Source of the DNA: Bacteroidia bacterium
GTDB taxonomy: Bacteria; Bacteroidota; Bacteroidia; UKL13-3
Reading direction: 5' to 3'
NCBI GenBank assembly: GCA_041675505.1
Contig: JBAYTR010000015.1
Location: 4,972-68,971, forward strand
DNA: 64,000 nucleotides
The notes under the pieces: model-generated
The model's input: only the letters and a program-made list of their open reading frames with translations
What the model was told of the DNA's origin: nothing
Database searches by the model: none
Made by a program: the position numbers and the translations under genes
Shown here: piece after piece, positions 51,259-60,885 of the stretch
Layout: each line of letters opens with the position of its first letter
Position numbering within the stretch: position 1 is the stretch's first letter

Positions 51259-51732
51259 ATGGAGTTGGACGAAAAAACGAAAGTTAACATACTGTATGTG
51301 GACGATGAAGAAAACAATCTTCAGTCGTTTAAAGCAGCATTCAGAAGGGATTATAATGTTTTTCTGGCTTCGTCAGGCTTTCAGGGGCAGGATGTTTTGA
51401 AGCAACACACCATTCACATTATTGTAACCGATCAACGCATGCCGGGGATGACCGGTGTAGAATTTTTGGAGTCTATTTTAGATGAATACCCTGATGCTAT
51501 GCGCATTTTGTTAACGGGTTACAGTGATATTGATGCCGTGGTGGATGCAGTAAATAAGGGCAAGATTTATCATTACCATCAAAAACCGTGGGATGAAAAT
51601 CTTTTGAGAACAGTTTTCAAAAACGCCTATGCGCATTACCGTTTAGTTGAGGACAATAAAGAGCTTACTCAAAAACTTATTGTGGTCAACAATCAATTGG
51701 AGTTTATGCTGCGTCAAAAATTGCTGGATTAA
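51259..51732 (+). CDS. Stand-alone response regulator receiver protein, paralogous to the REC domain of the 46032..47114 hybrid kinase.
   Basis: ILYVDDEENNL..IVTDQRMPGMTG..LLTGYSDIDAV..KPWDEN is near-collinear with INLLYIDDEEANL..LADQRMPVMTG..LITGYSDINAA..KPWDNG. Confidence 0.8.
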   Translation: MELDEKTKVNILYVDDEENNLQSFKAAFRRDYNVFLASSGFQGQDVLKQHTIHIIVTDQRMPGMTGVEFLESILDEYPDAMRILLTGYSDIDAVVDAVNKGKIYHYHQKPWDENLLRTVFKNAYAHYRLVEDNKELTQKLIVVNNQLEFMLRQKLLD

Positions 51733-53082
51733 TTAATCCTTTTGATTTACCCATTCGGCTATGTTGTTTATAACGTAGTTCGGAACGTTAGCTCTTATTT
51801 CATAGTCCTTGGGTGAGCTTTTCTCAGGGCTTTCTGTGAATACATGATTCAGATTCGGGTATAAAATAAGTTGCACGTTTCGCCAGATTTTTTTCAATTT
51901 GTTTTCCCAAATGTTAAAATCTTTTATTGTTACCTGATAGTCGCGGGCACCTTGCAGCAGCAGAATTTTTTTATTGAGTTTGCCTGCTGTAGCTACCTGA
52001 TTGTAGTGCATTAAATCTACCCAGTAAGCTGTGGGTAAGCCCAGTGGCAACTCATCCGGTGATGCCAAAGCCAGCCGAACACTGTCTTTGAGTATGGCTG
52101 TACTTGCTTTGTATTTATTCAACGTTTCTTCCTCCTCAGTGCTTAAGGTGTCATTCAGCATAAAAATATACTGGAGTTGTTCTTCCACCAAAACTTCCAG
52201 CGGGCGGGCATTGGCTGCCATCATAATAATACCCTTCACTTTTTTATTGTTTGTGGCTATACGCGGGGCACACATACCGCCCAAGCTGTGGCCAAGTACA
52301 TAAATTTCTTTTTTGTTAATACCTTTTTGAATGCTCATCAACTCAACTGCTTCTTTAGCATCATTTATTACTTCTTCATCAAGGTTGAGCAGTTCAATAT
52401 CATCTACACTTTTACCACCGTATACTTTGGTGCGTTTATCGTATCGGAAAGTGGCTATTCCCTTTGCGGCTAAACCTAAGGCCAGGTCTTTAAAAAGTTT
52501 GGTATTACCCAGTGTTTCATCTTTATCATTGGGGCCCGAGCCATGAACCATAATGACAACGGGAACTTCTTTTGCCGCTACCGGAAGGGTTAGAATACCC
52601 GGCATTTTATATTTACCGTTGACTAAGGTGAGTTTGATTTCCGAATAATTTTTTACGTCAGGAGCATAAGAGGGCCATATATAATCAGCCTTGGGTCTGG
52701 ATGGAATAATCCGAATCATGTTCACATACCCGCTGCTGTCATACGTTAACATCAGCTCGTATGCAGCTTTTCTATACCTGCACAGTTGAAAATAGGTGAT
52801 GTTATCCTGAAACAATTCAACTTCTGGTGAACCAATCGAATCAAGTTCGCCACTTTCGCGTTCTATATTGCTCCATATAAGTCCTAAACGCTTAGCACTT
52901 AATGCGTCTTTCGTTTCCTCATTAAAGGCGGAGTAAACAGAGTCGAACTGATGCAGCAGAAGGTACTGCAGGATACGGGCACTCTTCATTTCCTGTTGCG
53001 CAAAACCAGCACGAGTGAGCAACAAAATGAAAATTACAGTTATGCTTAAACGGATTTTTCTTTTTTGTGTTAATGGTTTCAT
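51733..53082 (-). CDS. Secreted alpha/beta-hydrolase (prolyl-oligopeptidase/dienelactone-hydrolase-like).
   Basis: Signal peptide. Nucleophile elbow GHSLGG, with downstream Asp and His. Confidence 0.75.
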   Translation of the reverse strand: MKPLTQKRKIRLSITVIFILLLTRAGFAQQEMKSARILQYLLLHQFDSVYSAFNEETKDALSAKRLGLIWSNIERESGELDSIGSPEVELFQDNITYFQLCRYRKAAYELMLTYDSSGYVNMIRIIPSRPKADYIWPSYAPDVKNYSEIKLTLVNGKYKMPGILTLPVAAKEVPVVIMVHGSGPNDKDETLGNTKLFKDLALGLAAKGIATFRYDKRTKVYGGKSVDDIELLNLDEEVINDAKEAVELMSIQKGINKKEIYVLGHSLGGMCAPRIATNNKKVKGIIMMAANARPLEVLVEEQLQYIFMLNDTLSTEEEETLNKYKASTAILKDSVRLALASPDELPLGLPTAYWVDLMHYNQVATAGKLNKKILLLQGARDYQVTIKDFNIWENKLKKIWRNVQLILYPNLNHVFTESPEKSSPKDYEIRANVPNYVINNIAEWVNQKD

Positions 53083-53100
53083 ATCTTCGCGAAGTTAGTC

Positions 53101-54036
53101 ATGAAAAAGAACCTTTACCTTACCTTCTTCCTGTTAATTTCGGGGTTGTGCAGTTTTGCTCAGGATTCGCTTATTGAGTGGGATCCGGCCGGTACGCGAT
53201 TCAGCATGCAGTTGTTACCGTATTACATTGAAACCAACGGAGCCAATCAGGTGAATTTTGGTATGGGTGCTAAAGCAGATTATTATTTTCCCAAAGTATT
53301 GTCGTTACATGCAGGATTTAAGCAGGCCCTTTACGATTTGAATAACTACAATGCCAACGTTAAAGGATTTAAGACCTCTGAAAATACCACCAACCTTTTT
53401 CAGCAGTTTGATTTTGGTGCGGGATTGTATTTTAATATTGACGGGAATACAAATGCCAGAGTTTATGCCTGGCCCGGTACGGCTTACGTTGATCCGGTTG
53501 AAAAGGACACCCTGTACGACTATACCAAAGAAAAGTTACCCTGCAGAACCATGATAGGTTTGCGCGGAGGTTTTTACCAATGGAGACAATCTGTAGATGC
53601 AATCAGCGCATCAAAGGGCACATTGGTTGCTAAGGACGGTTACGAGTTTAATGACTCTATGGATCTTTACACTAACATCACTTCAAGCGGTTACTATGCC
53701 GGCATTTCCCTTTCCAAATTGGTAGATGTTTTTTATTATTCAGCTGAAGGCGAGCAAAAGAATGTATCTTTTATACGTAATCTGTACCTCGATATACTCT
53801 ATGCACCCACTATCACCATTGATAACATTGTATTGAACGGTGTGTCGCATGATATTACCGGAGTTGGTGGTTTGAGCAAGAAAAATATGGGTGGCAGAAT
53901 TGTATACGAAAAAACAGGCACCCGCGATTTTCCCAAGCTGAATTTCTCTTACCGCGTAGAAGCGGGTATCCGTCCGGGGCTGGCTGATAAAGGTTTTTAC
54001 ATTATGCAAACCATAGGATTGGGTTTTGCCCGTTAA
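53101..54036 (+). CDS. Hypothetical outer-membrane beta-barrel protein.
   Basis: Signal peptide (..GLCSFAQ). Amphipathic beta-strands and a C-terminal ..GLGFAR. Confidence 0.5.
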   Translation: MKKNLYLTFFLLISGLCSFAQDSLIEWDPAGTRFSMQLLPYYIETNGANQVNFGMGAKADYYFPKVLSLHAGFKQALYDLNNYNANVKGFKTSENTTNLFQQFDFGAGLYFNIDGNTNARVYAWPGTAYVDPVEKDTLYDYTKEKLPCRTMIGLRGGFYQWRQSVDAISASKGTLVAKDGYEFNDSMDLYTNITSSGYYAGISLSKLVDVFYYSAEGEQKNVSFIRNLYLDILYAPTITIDNIVLNGVSHDITGVGGLSKKNMGGRIVYEKTGTRDFPKLNFSYRVEAGIRPGLADKGFYIMQTIGLGFAR

Positions 54037-54060
54037 TATTTTCCTTACCTTTGTGCACTT

Positions 54061-54597
54061 ATGGTAGTTACCCGCCTTCGTAATATTTTTATTGGCATCG
54101 GATTATTGATGCTGGCCGTTTTTCTGCTTTCACTTTTTTTTGAGCGCACTTATTTGGTTAAACGCGAAGTGACCATATCAGTAGCACCCGCAAAGGTTTT
54201 CCCGCTCATAAATACACCGGCTTTGTGGGACGAATGGATGAGTTGGGGTGCGCCCGACAGTTCTTATACATATATTTTTATGGGGCCTCCTTCCGGCCGC
54301 TTTGCCAAAAAAATTATGAAAGGTCCGCAGGTAGATATAGTTTTCAAAATCATACAAAGTCGTAAGGATACAGCTATTCGTTATGAAATTTCTACAGCTG
54401 ATGTGGAGTTTACCACTGACGGGGACATTCTGCTTTCTCCGGTTCCCAATGGCACCTTGGTGAGTTGGATTGACTCAGGTGATGTGGGCTACAATGTTTT
54501 TGCCCGCTTTAGTCTGAAGGGTATTCAGCAACGCATAGGTGATGATATGGACCAGAGTTTGTTGCGGCTCAAAAACGTGGCTGAGCAAGCCCGCTGA
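54061..54597 (+). CDS. SRPBCC (polyketide-cyclase/START-like) domain protein with an N-terminal TM helix.
   Basis: TM anchor, then the ..ISVAPAKVFPLINTPALWDEWMSW.. pattern typical of the SRPBCC ligand-binding fold. Confidence 0.6.
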   Translation: MVVTRLRNIFIGIGLLMLAVFLLSLFFERTYLVKREVTISVAPAKVFPLINTPALWDEWMSWGAPDSSYTYIFMGPPSGRFAKKIMKGPQVDIVFKIIQSRKDTAIRYEISTADVEFTTDGDILLSPVPNGTLVSWIDSGDVGYNVFARFSLKGIQQRIGDDMDQSLLRLKNVAEQAR

Positions 54598-54673
54598 TAA
54601 TCGTAAAAATTCTGACTTTTTTCGTTTCCCTTTCTGTGTAAAGGGTTAGTTTTGCCGCTTATTTCAACAGAGT

Positions 54674-56197
54674 ATGAGCGAGACTAAAAAAATTACCAAC
54701 GCCTTAATTTCAGTTTTCTATAAAGATGGTTTAGAGCCTGTTGTGAAAGAGTTGCACCGTTTGGGTGTTACAATTTATTCTACCGGAGGAACACAGGAGT
54801 TTATAGAGAAGTTGGGTATTCCGGTAATTGCCGTAGAGTCTCTTACAGGATATCCTTCTATTTTGGGCGGAAGAGTAAAAACATTGCACCCTAAAGTTTT
54901 TGGTGGTATTCTGGCCCGAAGAGAAAATGCTTCTGATATTTCAGAGGCTGCTCAGTTTGAAATTCCAATGCTTGATTTGGTGATTGTTGATTTATATCCG
55001 TTTGAGGAGACAGTAAAGTCAACCACAGATGAAAGCGCTATCATTGAGAAAATTGACATTGGCGGAGTATCACTCATTCGTGCCACTGCAAAAAATCACC
55101 GCGACACCATTATTGTTGCGCACAAAAATGACTACGCATTTTTGCTCAACCTGCTGCAAACTAAAAACGGCAGTAGCATGGATGACAGGAGAGAATTGGC
55201 CCGCAGAGCATTTAACGTTACGTCACACTACGATACACATATTTTCAACTACTTTAACGGAAACCGCACCGACAGTTTTAAAGAAAGCATACTCACGGGT
55301 ACTACTTTGCGGTACGGTGAAAACCCGCACCAGAAAGGAGTTTTTTACGGAGATTTAAGTGAAGTGTTTGACCAGCTGCACGGCAAAGAGTTGTCGTACA
55401 ACAACCTGGTTGATGCGGAAGCGGCACTACAGCTTTCGGCTGAATTCACCCAACCCGCCTTTGCCATTATCAAACATACCAACCCCTGTGGTGTAGCAGA
55501 GCGCGATACCTTGTTGCAAGCCTGGAATGATGCATTAGCCGGTGATCCGGTTTCAGCATTTGGCGGTGTGATTGCCTCTAATCGGGTTATTGATGAGGCC
55601 ACCGCAAAGGCAATGGACAGCCTATTTTTTGAACTACTCATTGCCCCGGGTTATGATGCCGCAGCTTTAGAAATACTGAAATCAAAAAAGAACCGCGTTT
55701 TGCTGGTACAGAAAAAAACTGATTTTGGTAAGATGCAGTTTAAATCCTTGCTTAACGGTGTGCTGGCACAGGACAAAGACAGCATGCAGGAAAAAGCAGG
55801 TGATTTAGTTTGTAAGACCCAAACACAACCTACCTCATCAGCACAGGTTGACGATTTGCTCTTTGCCGCTAAGCTGGTGAAGAATGCAAAATCCAACACC
55901 ATTGTACTGGCCAAAAACAATCAGTTAATCGGCATAGGTTGCGGACATACTTCCCGAATTGACGCATTACACCATGCTATAAAAAAAGCGGCTGAATTCG
56001 GGTTTGATTTGAACGGTGCTGTAATGGCTTCGGATGCGTTTTTCCCTTTCCCTGATTGTGTGGAAGTAGCGCATAAGGCAGGGATTAAAGCAGTGATTCA
56101 ACCCGGTGGTTCTATCAAAGATCAGTTGAGTATTGATTACTGCAATGCACACGGTTTAGCTATGGTATTCACCGGCATTCGTCATTTCAAACACTAA
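54674..56197 (+). CDS. purH: Bifunctional AICAR transformylase / IMP cyclohydrolase.
   Basis: N-terminal MGS-like domain (ALISVFYKDG..) and a C-terminal AICARFT domain. Full-length PurH similarity. Confidence 0.9.
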   Translation: MSETKKITNALISVFYKDGLEPVVKELHRLGVTIYSTGGTQEFIEKLGIPVIAVESLTGYPSILGGRVKTLHPKVFGGILARRENASDISEAAQFEIPMLDLVIVDLYPFEETVKSTTDESAIIEKIDIGGVSLIRATAKNHRDTIIVAHKNDYAFLLNLLQTKNGSSMDDRRELARRAFNVTSHYDTHIFNYFNGNRTDSFKESILTGTTLRYGENPHQKGVFYGDLSEVFDQLHGKELSYNNLVDAEAALQLSAEFTQPAFAIIKHTNPCGVAERDTLLQAWNDALAGDPVSAFGGVIASNRVIDEATAKAMDSLFFELLIAPGYDAAALEILKSKKNRVLLVQKKTDFGKMQFKSLLNGVLAQDKDSMQEKAGDLVCKTQTQPTSSAQVDDLLFAAKLVKNAKSNTIVLAKNNQLIGIGCGHTSRIDALHHAIKKAAEFGFDLNGAVMASDAFFPFPDCVEVAHKAGIKAVIQPGGSIKDQLSIDYCNAHGLAMVFTGIRHFKH

Positions 56198-56204
56198 TTC
56201 ATAG

Positions 56205-56498
56205 TTAAGAATTATCTGTATTCAGATAACTTTTTAGTGCTTTCACATAGTTCTCAAAAGCAGTTATGCCTTTGGGTGTTATTTTACATGTAGTAAGCGG
56301 ATACTTCCCTTTAAATCCTTTTGTTACTTCAATGTAGCCGGCCTGTTGCAGTTTTTCAATCTGCACACTCAGGTTGCCTGCTGTGGCCGCAGTTTTTTCT
56401 TTAAGGTAGCCAAACTCAGCCTCTTTAACAGCAATGAGTAGTGATACAATGGCCAGCCTGAGTTGCGAGTGAAGAAGCGGATCGAGGTCTTTAAACAT
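56205..56498 (-). CDS. Winged-helix transcriptional regulator (97 aa).
   Basis: Small basic protein with a helix-turn-helix core (..TAATAGNLSVQIEKLQQAGYIEV..). It has an 8-bp overlap with the upstream membrane-protein gene. Confidence 0.55.
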   Translation of the reverse strand: MFKDLDPLLHSQLRLAIVSLLIAVKEAEFGYLKEKTAATAGNLSVQIEKLQQAGYIEVTKGFKGKYPLTTCKITPKGITAFENYVKALKSYLNTDNS

Positions 56499-57120
56499 GC
56501 TTGGCTAGTCTGTTATTTAATAAATGGCCGGGAATAATGAAGCCTCCCATAACCCCGATGGCAATGAGTAACAGATGTACTTCTGTACCCCTTCCCAATG
56601 CCTGTGCTATAAACGACTCTGGTAATTGTTTGGCTATTTCGGGATAGATAAAACCAATCAGCGCACAAGTCCAGTTGAGTATTCCACCCCATTTCAAGGG
56701 CTTGAATTTTAATAACCCGCCAGATACAAATAACCAAATCGCATACACCACCATAATGGTGGGATAGAAAGCTTTCCATTGCGCTCCTACAGGCATTGCA
56801 AAACAGATTACAAACATGGAAATACTGAATGCTTTTATCACCTCGTTCATGCTTTCTGATACATACGTTTTTACCTCTACTTCTTTTTTCTTTTCACGCA
56901 TGCCGTATATCATGGTTACTATACCGCCCAATGGCATCAGTATCATCCAGGGTAATCCGTGTATTTCAAATGTTGTAAAACCAATGATATATAAATCGGC
57001 AAGCGCAGCAATAAATACCAACCAGCCCCAGAAATAATAATAAAAACCGTTGTCTCTTATTTCTTCTTTTGTTTTGCTGATCATTTCTTCAATCAGCAGG
57101 ATAGCGTCTTTTTCATTCAT
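56491..57120 (-). CDS. Hypothetical polytopic membrane protein.
   Basis: Five to six hydrophobic helices. Co-transcribed with the small wHTH regulator. Confidence 0.5.
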   Translation of the reverse strand: MNEKDAILLIEEMISKTKEEIRDNGFYYYFWGWLVFIAALADLYIIGFTTFEIHGLPWMILMPLGGIVTMIYGMREKKKEVEVKTYVSESMNEVIKAFSISMFVICFAMPVGAQWKAFYPTIMVVYAIWLFVSGGLLKFKPLKWGGILNWTCALIGFIYPEIAKQLPESFIAQALGRGTEVHLLLIAIGVMGGFIIPGHLLNNRLAKHV

Positions 57121-57173
57121 AACATTAAAAGTTTTGCAACGGATTTTGCTTTAGACAAAATCCGTTGCAGGTT

Positions 57174-58088
57174 TTATTTCTTAATTACAATTCTGTGTTT
57201 TGTGGTACTTTTATCTGCATGGTGAAGCACTACAATATACACACCTTCTTTTAATCCTTCACAGTCAACATTTATTTCTGATGTTTCTGCTTTTACACTT
57301 TTCACTACTTCTGCCTTCACATTGTATAGCTCTATCAGGTCCACCGTTTTTTCAGCATAAATGTTAAAACTTTCTTTTGCAGGGTTAGGGTAGATCTTAA
57401 TTAGTTGTGCTGCATTTATGTGTTTTACTGAGGTGTGTTGGTAACTGAAGCTGATGTCGTCCAGGTATAGTTTACTTCCTACTACGGGGTCAAAACCGTT
57501 TATGCTGGAGGAGAATAATACAGCTAAAGAATCAGGAGTGTAATTGCTGCGGTAGTTAATAGTTACTTCTGCCTGCACATATTGACTGATGGTTTGATGG
57601 TTTTCCCAGTCAGCATAGCCTACAGTATCTCTTTGTAAAGTTGTAGTGTTCCATCGGGTCAGGAGTAAGGTCATGGCGTTTGTGTCTCCGGTCATGGGGT
57701 TGGCTTTGAAGAAAAATTTCAACGACACCGGCCGCGAACTGAACGGGATAAGGTTACGCTCCATTACTGGTTCCCATTGTTCAGTCAGAATAAGGTTGGT
57801 GGTCAATAAACCGGGAGTGTTGGACATGGTACCCGATTTGGTTTCGAGCAATACTGCTGATGTGCCGCTGTGAGCATCTCCAGTTTTAAGTGTGGTTTGC
57901 GGGTAACTGACCAGTGACAGTATGTTCAGCGAGAACCAACCCTGCGGCTCCTGGAAGGTGATGCCGTTACTTGTTTTCTGTAGCCAGTTTTCCAGTCCAC
58001 CATTGATGGGTTGTTCCTGCGCTTGTGCACCCAGCCACAACCCGGTTGTGACCATTAGTGCGAATAATTTTGTACGTTTATTAGACAT
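57174..58088 (-). CDS. Secreted hypothetical protein with a T9SS C-terminal sorting domain.
   Basis: Signal peptide (..GAQAQ). The C-terminus (..KIYPNPAKESFNIY...GVYIVVL..) matches the type A T9SS CTD. Confidence 0.7.
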   Translation of the reverse strand: MSNKRTKLFALMVTTGLWLGAQAQEQPINGGLENWLQKTSNGITFQEPQGWFSLNILSLVSYPQTTLKTGDAHSGTSAVLLETKSGTMSNTPGLLTTNLILTEQWEPVMERNLIPFSSRPVSLKFFFKANPMTGDTNAMTLLLTRWNTTTLQRDTVGYADWENHQTISQYVQAEVTINYRSNYTPDSLAVLFSSSINGFDPVVGSKLYLDDISFSYQHTSVKHINAAQLIKIYPNPAKESFNIYAEKTVDLIELYNVKAEVVKSVKAETSEINVDCEGLKEGVYIVVLHHADKSTTKHRIVIKK

Positions 58089-58231
58089 GGATTTGAAACA
58101 TTTGATTTGCGATACAAATGTAAAGTAGTTTATATTATAAACTGAAATTTATTTTCAAAGTTTAGTATTAAAGTACTGAAAATAAGTCTGATAAATGGTA
58201 ATTATATACTTGACAGACCCATAATTGAGGG

Positions 58232-58771
58232 TCAGAACTTTACACCGTAAGCGGCAAGTTCTCTTCTTATGTCCTTAATTACCCCAAAATACACACCTTG
58301 AATTTTAAGCAGGTCTTTGGGTTTTATGGTTAGCAGGTCGGCAACGGTTTCAAACTTTAGGAACTTCATAACCTTCATGGTGCGTACGGTTATGTCTAAG
58401 TCCTCTAACCGTAGTTTTAAAACAGATTGTAGGTGTTCAGATGGTTCAGGCTTTTTGTGGAGTTTAGCAAGTTGCTGGGTTAGGTTATAGTTTACCTCTT
58501 TAAGTGTTTCATAGTGTTTATATTTCTCAAAGAAGTACTCTATTGAGGATATTATGTGCATTAAAGAGGTCTTGTATATCTGTTCTACGCGCTGTGTCGT
58601 TATTCCTATGTCTTTCGCTACTGCATCGTATGTATGTCTGAATAATAGTATCCGTTTTAAAACTTCACCGTTACGCTCGTCAATATTGAACAGGTTCAAA
58701 CGCTCATCAAGAGTAATGAGGTTCATTAAAAGGACTTGGTCAGACTTATGTAGGAATTTCAGGTCAGTCAC
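58232..58771 (-). CDS. Transposon cargo: putative transcription factor with a sigma-70 region-4-like HTH and an RNA polymerase alpha-subunit CTD-like domain. The annotated start codon is GTG.
   Basis: Residues ~35-75 (EVLKRILLFRHTYDAVAKDIGITTQRVEQIYKTSLMHI) match the sigma-70 r4 / LuxR-type HTH. Residues ~115-179 (LRLEDLDITVRTMKVMKFLKFETVADLLTIKPKDLLKIQGVYFGVIKDIRRELAAYGV) match the RpoA alpha-CTD helix-hairpin-helix pattern. Confidence 0.55.
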   Translation of the reverse strand: MTDLKFLHKSDQVLLMNLITLDERLNLFNIDERNGEVLKRILLFRHTYDAVAKDIGITTQRVEQIYKTSLMHIISSIEYFFEKYKHYETLKEVNYNLTQQLAKLHKKPEPSEHLQSVLKLRLEDLDITVRTMKVMKFLKFETVADLLTIKPKDLLKIQGVYFGVIKDIRRELAAYGVKF

Positions 58772-58772
58772 A

Positions 58773-58910
58773 TTAGTGCTTTTTTAGTGGCATGGGTTTA
58801 ACCCTTACAATGCGTTGTATTACCTCTCCAAAGCTGGGTTTTTGCTCTTGCTCTGTATCGGGTTTCTTTTTTTCGCCTGACTTGGGTTTTGGAACTATTT
58901 TTTTTGACAT
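58773..58910 (-). CDS. Possible 45-aa Lys-rich micro-protein (MSKKIVPKPKSGEKKKPDTEQEQKPSFGEVIQRIVRVKPMPLKKH) immediately upstream of the HTH cargo gene.
   Basis: An ATG-initiated ORF ends 1 nt before the GTG start of the next gene. It is below the ORF-track length cutoff and rests on a manual translation only. Confidence 0.25.
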   Translation of the reverse strand: MSKKIVPKPKSGEKKKPDTEQEQKPSFGEVIQRIVRVKPMPLKKH

Positions 58911-58960
58911 AATACAAAGTTACCGAAAGTTTATATATTGCCGTTCTAAATTATATCCCA

Positions 58961-59473
58961 GTGAAAACATTCTGCATAAATTCATCTATTGAAATAGAGG
59001 TAAGTTATAATACTAAATCCAAAACAAGAGCAAGATTATATGAACACATTACAGAGTATCTAAAAGATGTTAGCCGTTACCTACATGGTAGGCCAGAGTC
59101 TTCTTCGGTGTCAACAGACACTGTTTTACATTTTGTTAAAAGTCAAATATCAAACCTCAATTCGCAAATACAGGAATTTGATGGTATTGAAAATATTGCA
59201 CAAGCAGACCTAAACAGAAAGGTCAAAAACTGTAAGATAAATAAAGACTCTTTAAGTATAGAATCAAACCTGATTGATATATTTGACTTCAGGCTTAATC
59301 ACCAAACTAATATAATAATAAACTACGAATCCGTTGTTTACGCAGTAGAGTCAGAAGACGTTGATAAAAGCGGAAATACATTATTAGTTTGTTATCAGAA
59401 AAAAGAGCCATTTGAAAGTAGAATACAAATACCTAAAAACTCGAACGTCCCCTATCATTTGCGTTCAATGTAG
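58961..59473 (+). CDS. Transposon cargo: hypothetical protein (170 aa).
   Basis: A long ORF in a 33% GC region, which is unlikely to arise by chance in AT-rich DNA. No motif was recognised. Confidence 0.4.
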   Translation: MKTFCINSSIEIEVSYNTKSKTRARLYEHITEYLKDVSRYLHGRPESSSVSTDTVLHFVKSQISNLNSQIQEFDGIENIAQADLNRKVKNCKINKDSLSIESNLIDIFDFRLNHQTNIIINYESVVYAVESEDVDKSGNTLLVCYQKKEPFESRIQIPKNSNVPYHLRSM

Positions 59474-59753
59474 TGTCGAAATCTCCATTAACTAAACAAC
59501 CTGTAAAGTATTCAATCATTGAGTCAACAATGTATGTGGCGAACTTAACGTCAAACTTCTCCCAATTTACGACAGCATAAGCCAACTCAAAAGGGGGTTG
59601 TTGTTGAAAGTCTATTGAACACGCTTTTAAATTACCCGAATTTTTTAACCTTCGTAAGTAGTCTATTATTATGACAGTCCTTTTTATATTAGACAATTCC
59701 CCATTTGGGGAATAGATTGTATCCAATTCTGATTCTTCTACGGTGGTATTCAT
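59433..59753 (-). CDS. Transposon cargo: hypothetical protein (106 aa).
   Basis: An ORF in AT-rich DNA that overlaps the 58961..59473 ORF by 41 bp on the opposite strand. One of the two may be spurious. Confidence 0.3.
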   Translation of the reverse strand: MNTTVEESELDTIYSPNGELSNIKRTVIIIDYLRRLKNSGNLKACSIDFQQQPPFELAYAVVNWEKFDVKFATYIVDSMIEYFTGCLVNGDFDTTLNANDRGRSSF

Positions 59754-59891
59754 ATTTATACTTATTAATCCAAACTCTTATATATGCAAATATAAACATA
59801 TATTCATATTTATCAAAACAAACAAAACACATTAATTCAATCTTAAAATAAACCTGTATGATGTTCTACTGAGTCAACCCAAAAATAGACT

Positions 59892-60885
59892 TTATTTCCC
59901 TTGCTTTCCTATCAGAGTTATATACTCCAAATTCCCTACATTCGACTGTAACAGGAGTAAATCAAACCTGTCACTTTCACTCATTTTCCTGTTATTGAAC
60001 CTGTAAGCGAACTCCTCCAAATAACGCTGTAAGTGCTTCTTACTTGTGAAGTGATAAATACCCAAAATCCCCCGTTTTAATAGCGACCAAAAGTTTTCAA
60101 TTGTGTTCGTGTATATCCCCGACTACATATTGTTTGGCTGCGTGTTTAATGGTATCGTGCGAAAACCCTGACTTGCCTAAATCTTGATATGCGTACCATT
60201 CATCAGAAACCACCCTTGCAAACTCTTTTACGTTCTGAATGATTATAGGCTGTAATGTGTTCTTTTTGGTGTTATCAACGTGCTTTGCAATAACGTTTCC
60301 TTTGCGCTCAATCATTCCAAAGACCGCTTTAGGCTCTTCACCTACCTTGTTGCTCTTATAGCCCCCTAATCCGTTCTTACCGCCTCTTTTGCTCTTGTGC
60401 TTATTCTTTTCCTTGCCCTGTAAGAATGTTTCATCAACTTCTACAATGTTCTCCAAAGGTTTTTTATAGTCTTCGTTCTCCATGCCGAACCTTAAACGGT
60501 GCAACATGAACCATGCACTTTTTTGAGTAACCTTTATATCTTTTGCCAATTGCATTGAACTTATGCCTTTTGAGTGTGATGTAAACAGGTAGATAGCAGG
60601 AAACCACTTAACCAACGGTATTTTGCTGTCCTGAAATATTGTACCAACCCGAACCGTGAACTTTTTACGGCACGCACCACACTTGTAATAAATACCGTCT
60701 GAGAATGCGTAAACATTATTGTCATTATTGCAATGTGGGCAAACAGGCTTGTCACCCCAACGCTTTGCAGCTATATACCGTGAGCACTTCTCCTCTGTGT
60801 TGAACGTGGTTATTAAGTCAATCAGATTCGTGAACTTTTCTATACTTTCCATGTCTTCCATGTCGTTTGTATTTCTCGGGTACAA
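59892..60885 (-). pseudogene. IS1595-family transposase interrupted by a frameshift near 60100.
   Basis: The N-terminal 262 aa have the IS1595 zinc-ribbon region (CPHCNNDNNVYAFSDGIYYKCGACRKKF..IFQDSKIPLVKWFPAIYL..SKGISSMQLAKDIKVTQKSAWFMLHRLR) and DDE core (..VEVDETFLQGKEKN..) and end at ..VVGDIHEHN*. The conserved C-terminus (YTNTIENFWSLLKRGILGIYHFTSKKHLQRYLEEFAYRFNNRK..) continues downstream in another frame, down to the stop at 59892. Confidence 0.8.

Noticed and set aside
59841-59890. A possible internal inverted repeat (ACTGAGTCAACCCAAAA) that would delimit a minimal ~1.07-kb IS ending at 60926.
   Set aside because: Only about 11 of 17 positions match the terminal IR and no flanking direct repeat is present. 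The perfect 25-bp IRs plus the 8-bp TSD at 58197 and 60926 define the mobile unit.
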